64,000 nt of DNA from Bdellovibrionota bacterium (GTDB lineage: Bacteria; Bdellovibrionota_G; JALEGL01; DATDPG01), in NCBI GenBank assembly GCA_963668355.1, contig OY764265.1, forward strand, positions 320,001-384,000, read 5' to 3'. Below the pieces are notes generated by a model. It was given only the letters and a program-made list of their open reading frames with translations, did no database searches and was not told the DNA's origin. Position numbers and translations under genes: made by a program. Shown piece by piece: positions 12,844-23,836 of the stretch (position 1 is its first letter; each line of letters begins with the position of its first letter).

Positions 12844-13775
12844 TTCTTATTCACTTTACCCGATCTCGGATGAGACCGATCATACACCTCTTTGAGCTTT
12901 CCCATCGAGACTTGCGTGTATCTTTCCGTGGTCTGAAGATTGGCATGCCCCAGAAGCTCTTGGATGGAGCGCAAGTCCGCACCATGATCCAAGAGGTGGG
13001 TCGCAAAGCTATGCCGAAGGGCATGAGGAGAGAGATGGGTCCTTTTTTCCAGGGAGCGAAGATGTTTCTGAAGAATCAACGCCACCCCCCGAGTTGTGAT
13101 TCGGCCTCCCCGCGCATTGAGAATCAGCGCATTGGAGCGTTCCTTTTTCTTGGAAAGCAGTTCCCCCCGTCGATTCAAATAGGCCATCAAGGCTTCCATG
13201 GCATACTCTCCAAAAAGCACCACGCGCTCCTTGCTTCCCTTTCCCAGGACACGAACTTCCCCGGAATTGAGATCCAGATCGGAAAGGTTCAACCCCACCA
13301 ACTCTGCCGCACGTAAGCCACAACCATACAGAAGCTCAAAAATAACCCGATCCCTTAACCCCAAAACGGTGTCTTTGGAGGGGGTGTTCAAAAGCTCATC
13401 CAATAATTTTTCATCGGCCACACGCGGAACCTGCTTGGGAATTTTCGGGCGATCCACCAGTTCTGTGGGGTCATCCTTCCGAATCTGCTGACGAATCAGA
13501 TACTGAAAAAAAGATCTTAAGCTGGATAGTTTTCGCGTGATGCTAGTGGGAGATTTTTGACCGTAGAGCGAAGCCACAAAACTTCGGATGTGAAAACGAT
13601 CCAAGCGCTTGGCATTTTGGACAAGAATGCCTTTTTCCCACTCTTGCTTGGACTTTAAAAAAGTTTCAAATTGTTGCAGATCGGATTCGTAATTTCGGAC
13701 CGTATGAGGAGAAAACCGTTTCACGTACGTGAGGTAATGAACAAACTTTTCAATCACATGTTCAGTACCTGACAT
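12840..13775 (-). CDS. xerC: Tyrosine recombinase XerC
   Basis: SPHTVRNY, LYGCGLR, GKGSKER, HALRHSFATH, LLGHA...TERY; topA-trmFO-xerC context; start reassigned to ATG at 13775. Confidence 0.9.
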   Translation of the reverse strand: MSGTEHVIEKFVHYLTYVKRFSPHTVRNYESDLQQFETFLKSKQEWEKGILVQNAKRLDRFHIRSFVASLYGQKSPTSITRKLSSLRSFFQYLIRQQIRKDDPTELVDRPKIPKQVPRVADEKLLDELLNTPSKDTVLGLRDRVIFELLYGCGLRAAELVGLNLSDLDLNSGEVRVLGKGSKERVVLFGEYAMEALMAYLNRRGELLSKKKERSNALILNARGGRITTRGVALILQKHLRSLEKRTHLSPHALRHSFATHLLDHGADLRSIQELLGHANLQTTERYTQVSMGKLKEVYDRSHPRSGKVNKK

Positions 13776-15153
13776 ATCGACTCGGGTCTTCCTCCTCTTC
13801 CTCCGGCAAGATCGGAAAGGACATCTCAAATTCCTGCGCCACTTCCTTCCGCCAAATTTCAGCTTCGGCCTTGGCATGTTTGGCCACACGTGCCCGCCGG
13901 GCCTTTTTGCCCCCTTGGCGATTTTCATCCGGAGGAAGCAACCCAAAGTTTACATTCATTGGAGCAAACGCACCATGCAAAGGTGTTTCCGTTATGGCTT
14001 TCAATAACCCCCCCATGGCCGTGGTAGGAGGTGGAGCGAACACCTCTTTCGACTTCGTCAAGCGGCCCAGAGCAACCATTCCCGCCCAAAGCCCCATTGA
14101 CGCGGACTCCATATATCCCTCGACACCGGTCAACTGCCCCGCCACGAGGATGCGAGCATCGCTTTTTAAACTCAAATCCACGCGGAGAACCTTGGGGGAA
14201 TCCAGGTAGGTGTTCCGATGCATCGAGCCCATTCGAACAAATTCCGCGTCTTCGAGTCCCGGAATCATCCGAAACACCCGTTTTTGCTCTCCCCACTTCA
14301 TGCGCGTTTGGAACCCCACCAAGTTGTATAACGTCGTGGGATCATTCTCTCTACGCAGTTGCAAAACGGCATGGGGTCGTTTTCCCGTTCGGGGGTCTTC
14401 CAACCCCACCGGCTTCATTGGACCAAAGGCCAGGGTCTTGGGTCCTCGTTCAGCCAACACTTCGATGGGAAGACAGGATTCGAAACATCGCATGGCCTCG
14501 AAGGAACGAACCGGAACCTTTTCGGCTTGAAGAATTGCTTGCACAAAATTCTCATAGGTCGTCCGATCCAACGGGCAATTCAAATAATCGTCGCTCTCGG
14601 GTTCATAACGACTCCCAAAATACGTCTTTCCCATGTCAATGCTGTCAGCCGCGACAATGGGAGAAATGGAGTCGTAAAAATACAAGGTCTCTTGTCCCAA
14701 ACGTTGGGCCAAATCTTGAGCCAAACCATCGGACGTTAGCGGTCCGGTGGCCACGATCACCAGGTCATACTCCGAAGGAATTTCTGTGCATTCTTCCCGA
14801 ATGACATGGATATCATCCCATCGATGGACTTCCTCGGAGAGCGCCTTGGCAAACATCTCACGATCAACGCCCAAAGCTCTTCCCGCAGGAACCTTTGCAG
14901 AGTCTGCCGCCTGAAGGACCACGGACCCCAGGGCTCGCATCTCCCCTTTTAACATTCCAGGGGCGGACTCCGGAGCTTGGCTTCCCAAAGAATTGGAACA
15001 CACCAATTCTCCCAAATCTTCCATTTTATGTGCGGGGGAGAAACGCTTGGGTTTCATTTCAAAAAGGTCGACCGATTGCCCTTGTCGAGCCAAAAAACAG
15101 GCGGCCTCGCATCCAGCCAAACCTCCCCCAATGACCGCTACACGCGATTTCAT
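13762..15153 (-). CDS. trmFO: Folate-dependent tRNA (uracil-5-)-methyltransferase
   Basis: GGGLAGCEAA, ELVCSNS, FGPMKPVGL, AGQLTGVEGY. Confidence 0.96.
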   Translation of the reverse strand: MKSRVAVIGGGLAGCEAACFLARQGQSVDLFEMKPKRFSPAHKMEDLGELVCSNSLGSQAPESAPGMLKGEMRALGSVVLQAADSAKVPAGRALGVDREMFAKALSEEVHRWDDIHVIREECTEIPSEYDLVIVATGPLTSDGLAQDLAQRLGQETLYFYDSISPIVAADSIDMGKTYFGSRYEPESDDYLNCPLDRTTYENFVQAILQAEKVPVRSFEAMRCFESCLPIEVLAERGPKTLAFGPMKPVGLEDPRTGKRPHAVLQLRRENDPTTLYNLVGFQTRMKWGEQKRVFRMIPGLEDAEFVRMGSMHRNTYLDSPKVLRVDLSLKSDARILVAGQLTGVEGYMESASMGLWAGMVALGRLTKSKEVFAPPPTTAMGGLLKAITETPLHGAFAPMNVNFGLLPPDENRQGGKKARRARVAKHAKAEAEIWRKEVAQEFEMSFPILPEEEEEDPSRYVRY

Positions 15154-15171
15154 GACGATTCTAATGGACCT

Positions 15172-17481
15172 CTAATCTTTCTTCGTGGAGGAAGATTCCG
15201 TGGAAGATTCTTCGAGCGAGCGTTTGAAGCCACACTCTTTGTTCACGCACTGCAAATGCGCTCCGTCTTTCTTTGTGAATTTCTCGGCCAAATAAGGAGC
15301 ACCACAATCCGGACATTTTTCCGCCACCGGTTTGTTCCACAACGCATGTTTGCATTTGGGAAATGCCGAGCAACCATAAAACACTCGGCCTCGACGCGTG
15401 CGACGTTCCACCAAATTCCCCTTGCATCCCTTTTCCGGACATTTCACACCCGTGGAAATGGATTGGGTGTTTTTGCAATCGGGATATTTGCTGCAAGCCA
15501 AGAATTTTCCAAACCGTCCGGTCTTCATGACCATGGGTGCGCCACATTTTTCGCATTTTTCATCGACTTCGGGCTGTTCCACGATTTGGATTTTTCCGTC
15601 TTCGTCCCGTTTGAATTCTTTCGTGTTTTTGCAGTCGGGATAGCCGGTACAGGCCAGGAAATGTCCATGACGTCCCCACTTAATCACCATCGGAGAGTCA
15701 CATTTTTCACATTTCAAATCGGTCGGCGTTTCTTCGCGCTTGATATCGCGCATTTTTTTCTTGGCCACTTTGATGGACTTGGCAAACGGATCATAAAAAT
15801 CGCGAAGGGCTTCTTGCCAATCTTTTTCACCTTCTTCGATTTGGTCCAAGTCGGTTTCCATTTGCGCCGTAAATTTCACATTGAAAATTTCGGGAAAATT
15901 TTCGACCAAAAGATCGCAAATCAAAAACCCCAATTCCGTGGGTAAGAAATTGCGTTGATCTTTTTCCACGTACTTTCGAGATTGCAATGTGGAAAGAATC
16001 GACGCATAGGTGGACGGACGGCCAATCCCGTTTTCTTCCAACTCTTTGACCAAACTGGCCTCCGTATAACGAGGAGGGGGCTTGGTAAAGTGTTGTTCGG
16101 GTTTCAACTCTTTGAGTTTGAGCTTCTCGCCTTCTTTTAGCTGAGGAAAGAGCAAGTCGGCTTCTTCGGAACCCTCGTTATCCTGTCCCTCAACATAAAG
16201 CTTCATGAATCCATCAAACTTTAGATGAGAACCGGTGGCTCGAAAATCGTAGATGCCGGCCTTGATATCAATGCTTACTTGGTCATAGATGGCTTGTTTC
16301 ATCTGACAAGCCACAAACCGATCCCAAATCAATCGATATAGACGAAGCTGATCGCGCTTTAATAACTTATTCAGTTTTTCAGGCGTTTCATGCATGAGTG
16401 TCGGACGAATGGCCTCATGAGCATCCTGGGCTCGCTTGCTCGTCTTAAACACCCGAGGGCTATCTGGAAGGTATTTCTTCCCATAATTCTCTTCAATAAA
16501 GCCTCTGGCTCCATTGAGCGCGTCTTCGGAAAGTCGGGTGGAATCCGTTCTCATATAGGTAATCAACCCCACAGGGCCTTCCGCACCTAACTCAATGCCT
16601 TCATATAGTTGCTGCGCCACCATCATGGTTCGGCGGGCCGTAAAGCCAAGCTTTCGAGCCGCTTCCTGCTGCAAGGTACTGGTCGTAAAGGGAGCCGGAG
16701 GATTCCGACGACGATCCTTCTTAACGATTTTTTGAATGATGTAGTCTTGTTTCTCAAGATCGGAAACCAGAGCCTGTGACTCTTCTTCATTCCCGATTTC
16801 GATTTTCTCCCCATCTTTTTTCGCAAGTTTCGCGGTAAAAGGAGGAGGAGTTTTTCCCAATAAGTCGGCTTCAATGGACCAATATTCCACCGGCGTAAAG
16901 GCTTGAATTTCCCGCTCGCGTTCGCAAACAATCCGAAGCGCCACAGATTGCACACGCCCCGCACTCAATCCGCGACGAACTTTTTCCCAAAGAATGGGGC
17001 TGACTTGATAGCCGACCAATCGGTCTAAAATTCGACGCGCTTGCTGGGACTCAAAACGGGGAAGATTCAAATCTTGGGGGGCCGCAAGGGCTCGCTCCAC
17101 ACCTTTTTTCGTGATTTCCTCAATCAGGACGCGGCGGATGACAAAATCCTTTTTCTTTCGCTTTCCTTGAAGCTGCTCCGCAATATGCCAAGCAATGGCC
17201 TCCCCTTCGCGATCCGGGTCAGGAGCCAGATAGACCGTTTCGACACCTTTGGAAGCTTTCTTGATTTCATCAATGACCTTTTTCTTGCCTTTGATGACTT
17301 CGTAGACCGGTTCAAAGTGGTCGTCCTTGATCTCGACACCCAATTTGCTTTTGGGCAAATCAATGACATGCCCCACGGAGGCCTTGACCGTGAAGTTCTT
17401 TCCTAAATACTTGCTGATGGTCCTTACTTTCGTAGGGGACTCAACCACAACCAGATTCTTCGCCATAGTCCGATCATTCAA
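15172..17481 (-). CDS. topA: DNA topoisomerase I
   Basis: VVESPTK, DPDREGE, SAGRVQS, ITYMRTDS, C-terminal zinc ribbons; start may be ATG 17466. Confidence 0.98.
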   Translation of the reverse strand: MNDRTMAKNLVVVESPTKVRTISKYLGKNFTVKASVGHVIDLPKSKLGVEIKDDHFEPVYEVIKGKKKVIDEIKKASKGVETVYLAPDPDREGEAIAWHIAEQLQGKRKKKDFVIRRVLIEEITKKGVERALAAPQDLNLPRFESQQARRILDRLVGYQVSPILWEKVRRGLSAGRVQSVALRIVCEREREIQAFTPVEYWSIEADLLGKTPPPFTAKLAKKDGEKIEIGNEEESQALVSDLEKQDYIIQKIVKKDRRRNPPAPFTTSTLQQEAARKLGFTARRTMMVAQQLYEGIELGAEGPVGLITYMRTDSTRLSEDALNGARGFIEENYGKKYLPDSPRVFKTSKRAQDAHEAIRPTLMHETPEKLNKLLKRDQLRLYRLIWDRFVACQMKQAIYDQVSIDIKAGIYDFRATGSHLKFDGFMKLYVEGQDNEGSEEADLLFPQLKEGEKLKLKELKPEQHFTKPPPRYTEASLVKELEENGIGRPSTYASILSTLQSRKYVEKDQRNFLPTELGFLICDLLVENFPEIFNVKFTAQMETDLDQIEEGEKDWQEALRDFYDPFAKSIKVAKKKMRDIKREETPTDLKCEKCDSPMVIKWGRHGHFLACTGYPDCKNTKEFKRDEDGKIQIVEQPEVDEKCEKCGAPMVMKTGRFGKFLACSKYPDCKNTQSISTGVKCPEKGCKGNLVERRTRRGRVFYGCSAFPKCKHALWNKPVAEKCPDCGAPYLAEKFTKKDGAHLQCVNKECGFKRSLEESSTESSSTKKD

Positions 17482-18617
17482 GCAACAATCCGCACATACC
17501 TTGCGTCCGGCTGCCTGATGATTGCTCCTTTCATTTCCAGTTCCGTCAACAACTGCATCACTTGCGGCAACGCCTCGTCGACCCGACGGGCTAAGTCGTC
17601 TACACCAATTGGGGTGTCCATGACAAATTGTTCCAGCAACTTCCTGGCCTCCAAAGACAGGGAAATTGAAGAATTTTCATTTGATTTCAGCTTCTTAGCC
17701 TTTTTTTCCAGAGGAATCTCCTCCATAATATCTGCACTGCTTGAAACCAGCTTGGCCCCTTGAGAAATGAGTTGGTTGGGCCAAAAGGATAAGGGCGCAT
17801 CGATGGGCCCCGGAACCGCAAACACCTCTCGAGACTGCTCCATGGCGCATCTCGCGGTGATTCGAGCCCCACTTTTTTCTCCGGCCTCCACCAAAACGAC
17901 CCCCAACGAAAGACCTGAAATGATTCGATTTCTCTGAGGGAAATGCTCTCTTCGCGGGGGATCTTGGAGAAAAAATTCCGTCAGGACCGAACCCCCGTCC
18001 AGAATCCGCTCCATTAAATGAGCGTGCTCCCGAGGATAGACTTGGCTCAATCCATTGCCCAATACGGCCAAAGTCGAGGTTCCGGCCTTCAAGCAGGACT
18101 CATGGGCAATGGCATCGATACCGCGAGCCATTCCACTGACCAAAACCACTCCCTCCTCAGCCAAGTCTTTGGAGAGCCATCGGGCCACTCGGGTACCATA
18201 TGTCGAAGGCCGTCGAGGCCCCACGAAGCCTAGCCGCACCTCAATCTCACACAACGGTTTCCCTCGACCAAACAACACCAAGGGAGGATCGGGAATTTGT
18301 GCCAATAAGAACGGGTAGTTCGGGTCCCCATACCCAACGCCCCATCCCTTCAATCGAAGAAGCTGATCCAACTCCCTTTGAGCTTTCCCACGATCCATGG
18401 ATTGTGCGATTTGATTCAGGAGAGCTTGTTCGGTTTCATCTTTGGAATCGAGAGATCGAGCCGCCTCAATCACATGAGAAGCCGATCCAAAACGATCAAT
18501 CAACGAGCGCTTCATTCTCGGAGAGACTTCCGAGACTTGCGCCAAAACAATGGAGTCCAGCAACGACACGCGCGTTTCATACGAGCGGATCGATGGACCC
18601 GTCAAGATAAAACCCAA
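17478..18617 (-). CDS. dprA: DNA-processing protein DprA
   Basis: PDPPLVL, VSGMARGID, FPQRNRIISGL; start may be GTG 18569. Confidence 0.93.
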   Translation of the reverse strand: MGFILTGPSIRSYETRVSLLDSIVLAQVSEVSPRMKRSLIDRFGSASHVIEAARSLDSKDETEQALLNQIAQSMDRGKAQRELDQLLRLKGWGVGYGDPNYPFLLAQIPDPPLVLFGRGKPLCEIEVRLGFVGPRRPSTYGTRVARWLSKDLAEEGVVLVSGMARGIDAIAHESCLKAGTSTLAVLGNGLSQVYPREHAHLMERILDGGSVLTEFFLQDPPRREHFPQRNRIISGLSLGVVLVEAGEKSGARITARCAMEQSREVFAVPGPIDAPLSFWPNQLISQGAKLVSSSADIMEEIPLEKKAKKLKSNENSSISLSLEARKLLEQFVMDTPIGVDDLARRVDEALPQVMQLLTELEMKGAIIRQPDARYVRIVA

Positions 18618-18623
18618 AAAGAC

Positions 18624-19811
18624 TTAGAGTTTGCTTCGAACTCGATCCCCAACGGAAACAGAGTCTTTCACATCCAATACGTAAGCTGTGGAGGTCCGAT
18701 CCCCGCTCTCAACCACCAGAAGTCGACCAATTACCACATCGGGAAGGTGCCGGTCATCGCCAGCAAATACGCCATCGCCTCGACGAACGATCATTAGCTT
18801 CTGACCATCTTCAACTCCGTCTTTTTTCCCAAGATTGAGATACACAAAAACATTTTGGCCGATGAGATACTCTTGATTCTCAGAGTCCACGATCTCACCT
18901 TTCATGTCTTTGTTGACCTCATGGGGCAAAACCGTATGAATCGTCGATTGATAAGGGACAAGTTCATCGCCTCGAGAAACCGCAGATTCATTGTCTACGA
19001 CAACGGCTTCCACCGTTTTTTCATGTAAAGCCACAATCTTCAATACGGCTTTTCGGTGAACCAAGGTGCCCAGAGAGCGTCCAAAGAAACTATCCGGATC
19101 TTTGACACGTTTGATTTCATCAATCACATGGAACTTATCTCCAACCGAAACCTTCGTTCCCTTTTTAAAATCAAGGAACACATGATCGCCGAAAATTAAA
19201 TTCGTTTTCTGGTTCCCGGAATGACTGATCTCACCCACGATGTTCAAGTCTTTTTCGGCCACAAACTTTGTGGTTTTGAGCTTTACGGCGTTTTTGTTCT
19301 TGGCAGGTTTCACCGGAGCCATTGATGTTCGGGTTTCCGTTTTTGGTTCCACCGTCGGTTCCAACACCGGGGCTTGATCTTCGACAATATCCATTCGAGG
19401 CGTGGTCGTTTGGCTGCCCGACCAAAAAGCCACTTTATTTCCCGGATAAATTAAATGAGGATTCTCAATGTATTGGTTCAAAGACCAAAGCTTGGGCCAG
19501 TACCAAGGATTGTCCAAAAACTTCTGACAAATATCCCAAAGTGTGTCGCCCGTTTGAATTTCATAAATTTCCGGAACATTCTCTGGCGAAACCATGGTTT
19601 CGGGAGCAATCGGCTCTACCATGGCCCCTTCTTCGTTGATCAATTCCTCTTCCTCTGAGGGAGAAATGACTTCAAGATTGGAATCCACGGGTTCGGTTCC
19701 AGCTTCTGGAATGGGTTCCAGAGGGGGTTCATCTTGTGCCCACGCGTGAGGGGCCCAAAGAACCAAATTAATCACGAGGAGGAAGAAACTCCATCTCATC
19801 TTCATCATCAC
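18624..19811 (-). CDS. LysM domain exported protein
   Basis: Signal peptide; GDTLWDI...WPKLW...NPHLIYPG; commonly upstream of dprA. Confidence 0.88.
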   Translation of the reverse strand: MMMKMRWSFFLLVINLVLWAPHAWAQDEPPLEPIPEAGTEPVDSNLEVISPSEEEELINEEGAMVEPIAPETMVSPENVPEIYEIQTGDTLWDICQKFLDNPWYWPKLWSLNQYIENPHLIYPGNKVAFWSGSQTTTPRMDIVEDQAPVLEPTVEPKTETRTSMAPVKPAKNKNAVKLKTTKFVAEKDLNIVGEISHSGNQKTNLIFGDHVFLDFKKGTKVSVGDKFHVIDEIKRVKDPDSFFGRSLGTLVHRKAVLKIVALHEKTVEAVVVDNESAVSRGDELVPYQSTIHTVLPHEVNKDMKGEIVDSENQEYLIGQNVFVYLNLGKKDGVEDGQKLMIVRRGDGVFAGDDRHLPDVVIGRLLVVESGDRTSTAYVLDVKDSVSVGDRVRSKL

Positions 19812-20626
19812 ATTCTCCCTTTGGATGGGTTACGGTTGATCTCAGCCAACCAGGTTTTGGCCTTTTGGGCCGCAATGCTTTGTGGATACAACTTTATCAA
19901 TCGATCAAAGGATTCTTGAGCCTTTTTCGGACGAGACAACCGAAGATAACAGGATCCAGCCCTCAACAAGGCATCGGGAACCTTGTTCCCTTGAGGAAAT
20001 TCTCGAACAACGCGCTCAAATTGCTTAACGGCCGAAGCGTACTTCTTTTCTTGGAAATGGCCCTCACCAATCCAAAACACAGCGTTGTCTGCATATGGGT
20101 GTTCTTTGAAATTTTTCACAAATTGGTTCAACGCTTCGTAGGCTTGAGGAAATTTTTTCGCCTCGTATTGAGCAAAAGCGCGATTGTATACTTCTGTCGC
20201 ACGGGCATCGTCCTCTTCCTGAGAAGAGGAATGAGGCGTCGGCGTTTGAATGCTTTGATCGGCACGATCTAAATCTTGATTCGACAAATTTAGCGTAGGA
20301 AGCTTTTGAACCGACTCCGGCTGGGCAATCAAAAATGGTTCCCGAGAATCTTTTCGAGGCAACGAGCGTCTCATCTTCTTGGGTTTGGAAATGTGTCGAG
20401 AAGAAACGGGGTGGTTCGTTTGTCGGTCTAAAGCCAACTTCATGGTTTCCAAGCGATCCTGCAAAACGGAAAGCGAACTGGAAAGTCCATCCACTTTCTC
20501 TTGCAAGGAATACTGTTGTTTTTTGAGCTGATCATTCTCTTTCCGAATGTCTTTGATCTCTTGTTTGGAAGTCGCGCACGCTGCCAAACCACAGACCAAA
20601 CCAGCCACCATTAAAACGTGTTTCAT
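19808..20626 (-). CDS. cpoB: CpoB/YbgF-like TPR lipoprotein
   Basis: Lipobox LAAC, coiled coil, ADNAVFWIGE, GNKVPDALL. Confidence 0.8.
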   Translation of the reverse strand: MKHVLMVAGLVCGLAACATSKQEIKDIRKENDQLKKQQYSLQEKVDGLSSSLSVLQDRLETMKLALDRQTNHPVSSRHISKPKKMRRSLPRKDSREPFLIAQPESVQKLPTLNLSNQDLDRADQSIQTPTPHSSSQEEDDARATEVYNRAFAQYEAKKFPQAYEALNQFVKNFKEHPYADNAVFWIGEGHFQEKKYASAVKQFERVVREFPQGNKVPDALLRAGSCYLRLSRPKKAQESFDRLIKLYPQSIAAQKAKTWLAEINRNPSKGRM

Positions 20627-20684
20627 GAAAAACCCAAATTTCCCTTTAATTCAAACTGATTATATGTTTTCGAGTGTGAAAAGG

Positions 20685-21473
20685 TCAAGCTAACCAACCG
20701 ACAAAGCCCAATTGCCTGCCCGTCTTCTTCCCATCCCGGCGATAGGAGAAGAATTTCTCTTCATTTTCAAAGGTACATTGATTGGCTTGCCAGATTTGAT
20801 GCGCGGGAACCCCCGATTCTAGTGCACATCGGCGGTTGATCCCGCAGAGATCCAAAAAGGCAGAGGTTTCCCCTTCCCTCACTTCGTCCGCCTGCAGATT
20901 CTGCTGCTGGGCGAAAAGAGAAACGATTCCATGACCGACTTCAAATTTATTCAAGCCAATGGCCGGACCCAATGCCAAGAAAAGGCCGCTGGGGTGACAC
21001 CCATACGTCTTGCTCAGCATCTCCAACGCTTCGGGAAGAACGCCTTCTAAAGTTCCGCGCCATCCCGCGTGCACAACTCCCAAAATTTTCTTCTCGGGTT
21101 CCACCACCAAAATCGGAACGCAGTCCGCCACTCGAACGGAGAGTAGAATCCCCTTTTCCCGCGTAATGAGAATGTCGGCGTCCTGACTACGAAGGCTCCA
21201 AGCATCATCCTGTGCGAGAATTTCCAGAGCCTCTATTCCATGGACTTGCCTGGTTCCGACGATTCGAGTGGGAGAAAGATCAAATTCCCTACCCAGACGA
21301 GCATAATTTTCGTCCACGAGGTCATCTTCATCTCCCGTGTTCCAACCGAAATTCAAGGAAGCATACGGAGAAGCACTCACACCCCCTTCACGCGTCGTGA
21401 ATCCGTGACACAGGTTTGGGATGTCTTTCAGAAGAGGCGAAGAAACAAATGAAAGAGCCACAACACCTACCAA
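20685..21473 (-). CDS. pgeF: Peptidoglycan editing factor PgeF / YfiH family
   Basis: FTTREGGVS, QVHG, VADCVP, HAGWRG, FFSYRR. Confidence 0.92.
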   Translation of the reverse strand: MVGVVALSFVSSPLLKDIPNLCHGFTTREGGVSASPYASLNFGWNTGDEDDLVDENYARLGREFDLSPTRIVGTRQVHGIEALEILAQDDAWSLRSQDADILITREKGILLSVRVADCVPILVVEPEKKILGVVHAGWRGTLEGVLPEALEMLSKTYGCHPSGLFLALGPAIGLNKFEVGHGIVSLFAQQQNLQADEVREGETSAFLDLCGINRRCALESGVPAHQIWQANQCTFENEEKFFSYRRDGKKTGRQLGFVGWLA

Positions 21474-21739
21474 ATTTTGGTTTTGAGGTGACCTTTGGGT
21501 TTCAAAATCTTGTCAACAATGGCTCGGTCAAAATAATTCGTGTTGGCCAACAAACTAGGGTCGACCTTCGAATGATAATGCTTTCGACCTTCATCCAACT
21601 CTTTGGCCAAAATATCAAAGAAAGAATCATTCTCGATTCCCTCTTTGACTTTGTTTTCATTGTACAAAGAGATGTCTTGGGCAATGGTTCTAGCCAATCG
21701 TTTTGCAGCTTCTATATCTGTGATTAATGGTTGAGCCAT
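21467..21739 (-). CDS. Small hypothetical protein
   Basis: Compact ORF within the operon (AKRLARTIAQDISLYN); function not recognised. Confidence 0.7.
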   Translation of the reverse strand: MAQPLITDIEAAKRLARTIAQDISLYNENKVKEGIENDSFFDILAKELDEGRKHYHSKVDPSLLANTNYFDRAIVDKILKPKGHLKTKIW

Positions 21740-21769
21740 AGAGATGGTCCTATGATACGGGGGCTTTAA

Positions 21770-22378
21770 TTATTCCTCAAGTTCCACGTTCCAATAGGAG
21801 AAGTCCACGATATTGAGGAACGGAAGCCATTCTCTGTAGCGAGGATGACGCAGGGACAAGTTCAGGCACTCCGTCCAGTGAGGTCGAATGGGTTTTCGCA
21901 TGAGCTTCATCCCAGCCTCTCTGGGGGTTCGTCCACCTTTCTTTCGATTACACGGCACACAACAACAAACCACATTTTCCCAGGTCGTTGCGCCCCCTTT
22001 GGTTCGAGGAATCACATGGTCCAAATTCAATTCACTCTTGGAGAATTTCTTTTGGCAATATTGACAGGTGTTCTTGTCACGAGCGTAGATATTGAAACGA
22101 CTGAAGCGGACCTGTTTTTTGGGCATACGATCATACGTCTGCAACAAAATGACTCTTGGAATTCTAATCATCCGGCCAACCATTCCGATGGCCTCATCGC
22201 CATTGGCCACCGACAATTCTGACCAGCTCACAAAATCGAACGTCTTGTACTGTTCATCAACAAACTTGGCCGCCCCTCGATACACCATGCAAAACGCACG
22301 TTTGACTGAAATGACATGAATCGGGAGATAGACTTTATTGAGAACAAGGACTCTGGATTGTAACAATGAAGTGGTCAT
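21770..22378 (-). CDS. HNH endonuclease family protein
   Basis: VLVLN...RDKNTCQYC...DHVIPR..GG...NVVCCCVPCNRKKG. Confidence 0.9.
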   Translation of the reverse strand: MTTSLLQSRVLVLNKVYLPIHVISVKRAFCMVYRGAAKFVDEQYKTFDFVSWSELSVANGDEAIGMVGRMIRIPRVILLQTYDRMPKKQVRFSRFNIYARDKNTCQYCQKKFSKSELNLDHVIPRTKGGATTWENVVCCCVPCNRKKGGRTPREAGMKLMRKPIRPHWTECLNLSLRHPRYREWLPFLNIVDFSYWNVELEE

Positions 22379-23760
22379 ACGCCTTCCGACCTCAAATCCT
22401 TCAACGTTGATTGGCTCACCTGAATCAAGTCCGGCATTTCCTCCGCGGAAACCGTCCGCATGTCCAATACTAACTGATTCTTCTGCATACGCGAAATAAC
22501 GGGAGGGTGGCCCATTCGAAGCCGCGCGCTAAACGTTCGAAGTTCTTTTTCACTTCCAGAAAACACCACGCCAAAGGAAGGAAGAGTTTCTTCAGGAAGA
22601 CTTCCGCCTCCAGTCTTGGATTCGGTTTCCGAAACCTGAAGCCGAAAGCCGTGGGACACCGGATCGACGTGTCGACAAAATTCTTCGGCTTGTTGTTTGA
22701 GCTCCGACAAGGGTCTCATCAGAAGCTTCGCTACTGTGGAGGGTTCTTCAGAAAGCAGCGCCGTTTCCAAAAGCGCCAAAGTAAACTTATCCACTCGAAG
22801 AATGCGCAACCAAGGATCTTTCCGCATTCGATCAATCCAGCGTTTCTTCCCGAGAATGATGCCGGCTTGGGGTCCTCCGAGAAGTTTGTCTCCGCTAAAC
22901 GTGATCAAATCCACCCCGGTTTTGATCAGATCCTTTGCGAGAACATTTTGAGATCCCAGTACTGGAATGGCTTGAAGGGATGCGCTTCCCACATCAAACA
23001 CAACGGGAATCTTGTTCTTTTTTCCCAGGGAAACCAGTTCTTCCAAGGGGGTTTCTTCCACAAACCCCTCCATCCGATAGTTACTGGGGTGAACCTTCAA
23101 GATCACAGCCGTTTGTTCCCCAATCGCTTTTTCGAAATCAGAGCATCGGGTTCGATTCGTTGTCCCCACTTCCTTCAATCTTGCACCAGACGCTTCACAA
23201 ATATCGGGAACCCGAAAAGATCCCCCGATTTCCACCAACTCGCCTCTCGAAATCAAAACCTCTCTTTGGTGAGCCAGAGCATGCAACGACAACATCACCG
23301 CCGCAGCGTTGTTGTTTACAACCAAGGCATCTTCCGCTCCCGAAGCTACGGCCAAACTTTCGGCACAATGGGAATAGCGAGAGCCTCGCGTCCCTTGATC
23401 CAAATCGAACTCCAAGTTTATGTAACCGCTTCCCAATTTCTGCAAAGGCTCCAACCATTTTGCATTCACAGGAGCCCGCCCCAAGTTGGTGTGCAAGACA
23501 ACGCCGGTAGCATTCAACACGCGCCGTAAAGATCCCTCTTTCAGTCGATGAAGTTCCTTGGAGACCAAATCGGGCCAACTCTGAGTGGAGATCGATTCAA
23601 ATTTAGGAGAATTTCGAGCGGTTCGCAGAACCGAGCGAATTGCTTCGGTCACCAACCATCGGGGATGAAATTGACACAAGGAGGCCACTTCCGGATCATT
23701 CAGCAACACGCCAACAGCCGGAAGTTCGCTTCTAAAATCGCTTTTCGGCGGATGTCCCAA
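22375..23760 (-). CDS. selA: L-seryl-tRNA(Sec) selenium transferase
   Basis: NATGVVLHTNLGRA, SRGELVEIGGSFR, FSGDKLLGGPQAG. Confidence 0.95.
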   Translation of the reverse strand: MGHPPKSDFRSELPAVGVLLNDPEVASLCQFHPRWLVTEAIRSVLRTARNSPKFESISTQSWPDLVSKELHRLKEGSLRRVLNATGVVLHTNLGRAPVNAKWLEPLQKLGSGYINLEFDLDQGTRGSRYSHCAESLAVASGAEDALVVNNNAAAVMLSLHALAHQREVLISRGELVEIGGSFRVPDICEASGARLKEVGTTNRTRCSDFEKAIGEQTAVILKVHPSNYRMEGFVEETPLEELVSLGKKNKIPVVFDVGSASLQAIPVLGSQNVLAKDLIKTGVDLITFSGDKLLGGPQAGIILGKKRWIDRMRKDPWLRILRVDKFTLALLETALLSEEPSTVAKLLMRPLSELKQQAEEFCRHVDPVSHGFRLQVSETESKTGGGSLPEETLPSFGVVFSGSEKELRTFSARLRMGHPPVISRMQKNQLVLDMRTVSAEEMPDLIQVSQSTLKDLRSEGV

Positions 23761-23836
23761 TACTTCTATTGTAAGCCCATTTGCGCCAAAGCGAAAGGGA
23801 ACGTTTTCTTAAATGGTTGTTTTTATGGGAAATTTA

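Noticed and set aside
12840..13775. xerC as the integrase for the tRNA-Glu modules
   Set aside because: Its sequence and topA-trmFO-xerC context are those of housekeeping XerC, and the repeats do not resemble dif sites.
21770..22378. HNH gene as a homing endonuclease or defence/mobile element
   Set aside because: Coupled to selA within a housekeeping run; no intron, inverted repeats or target duplication visible.
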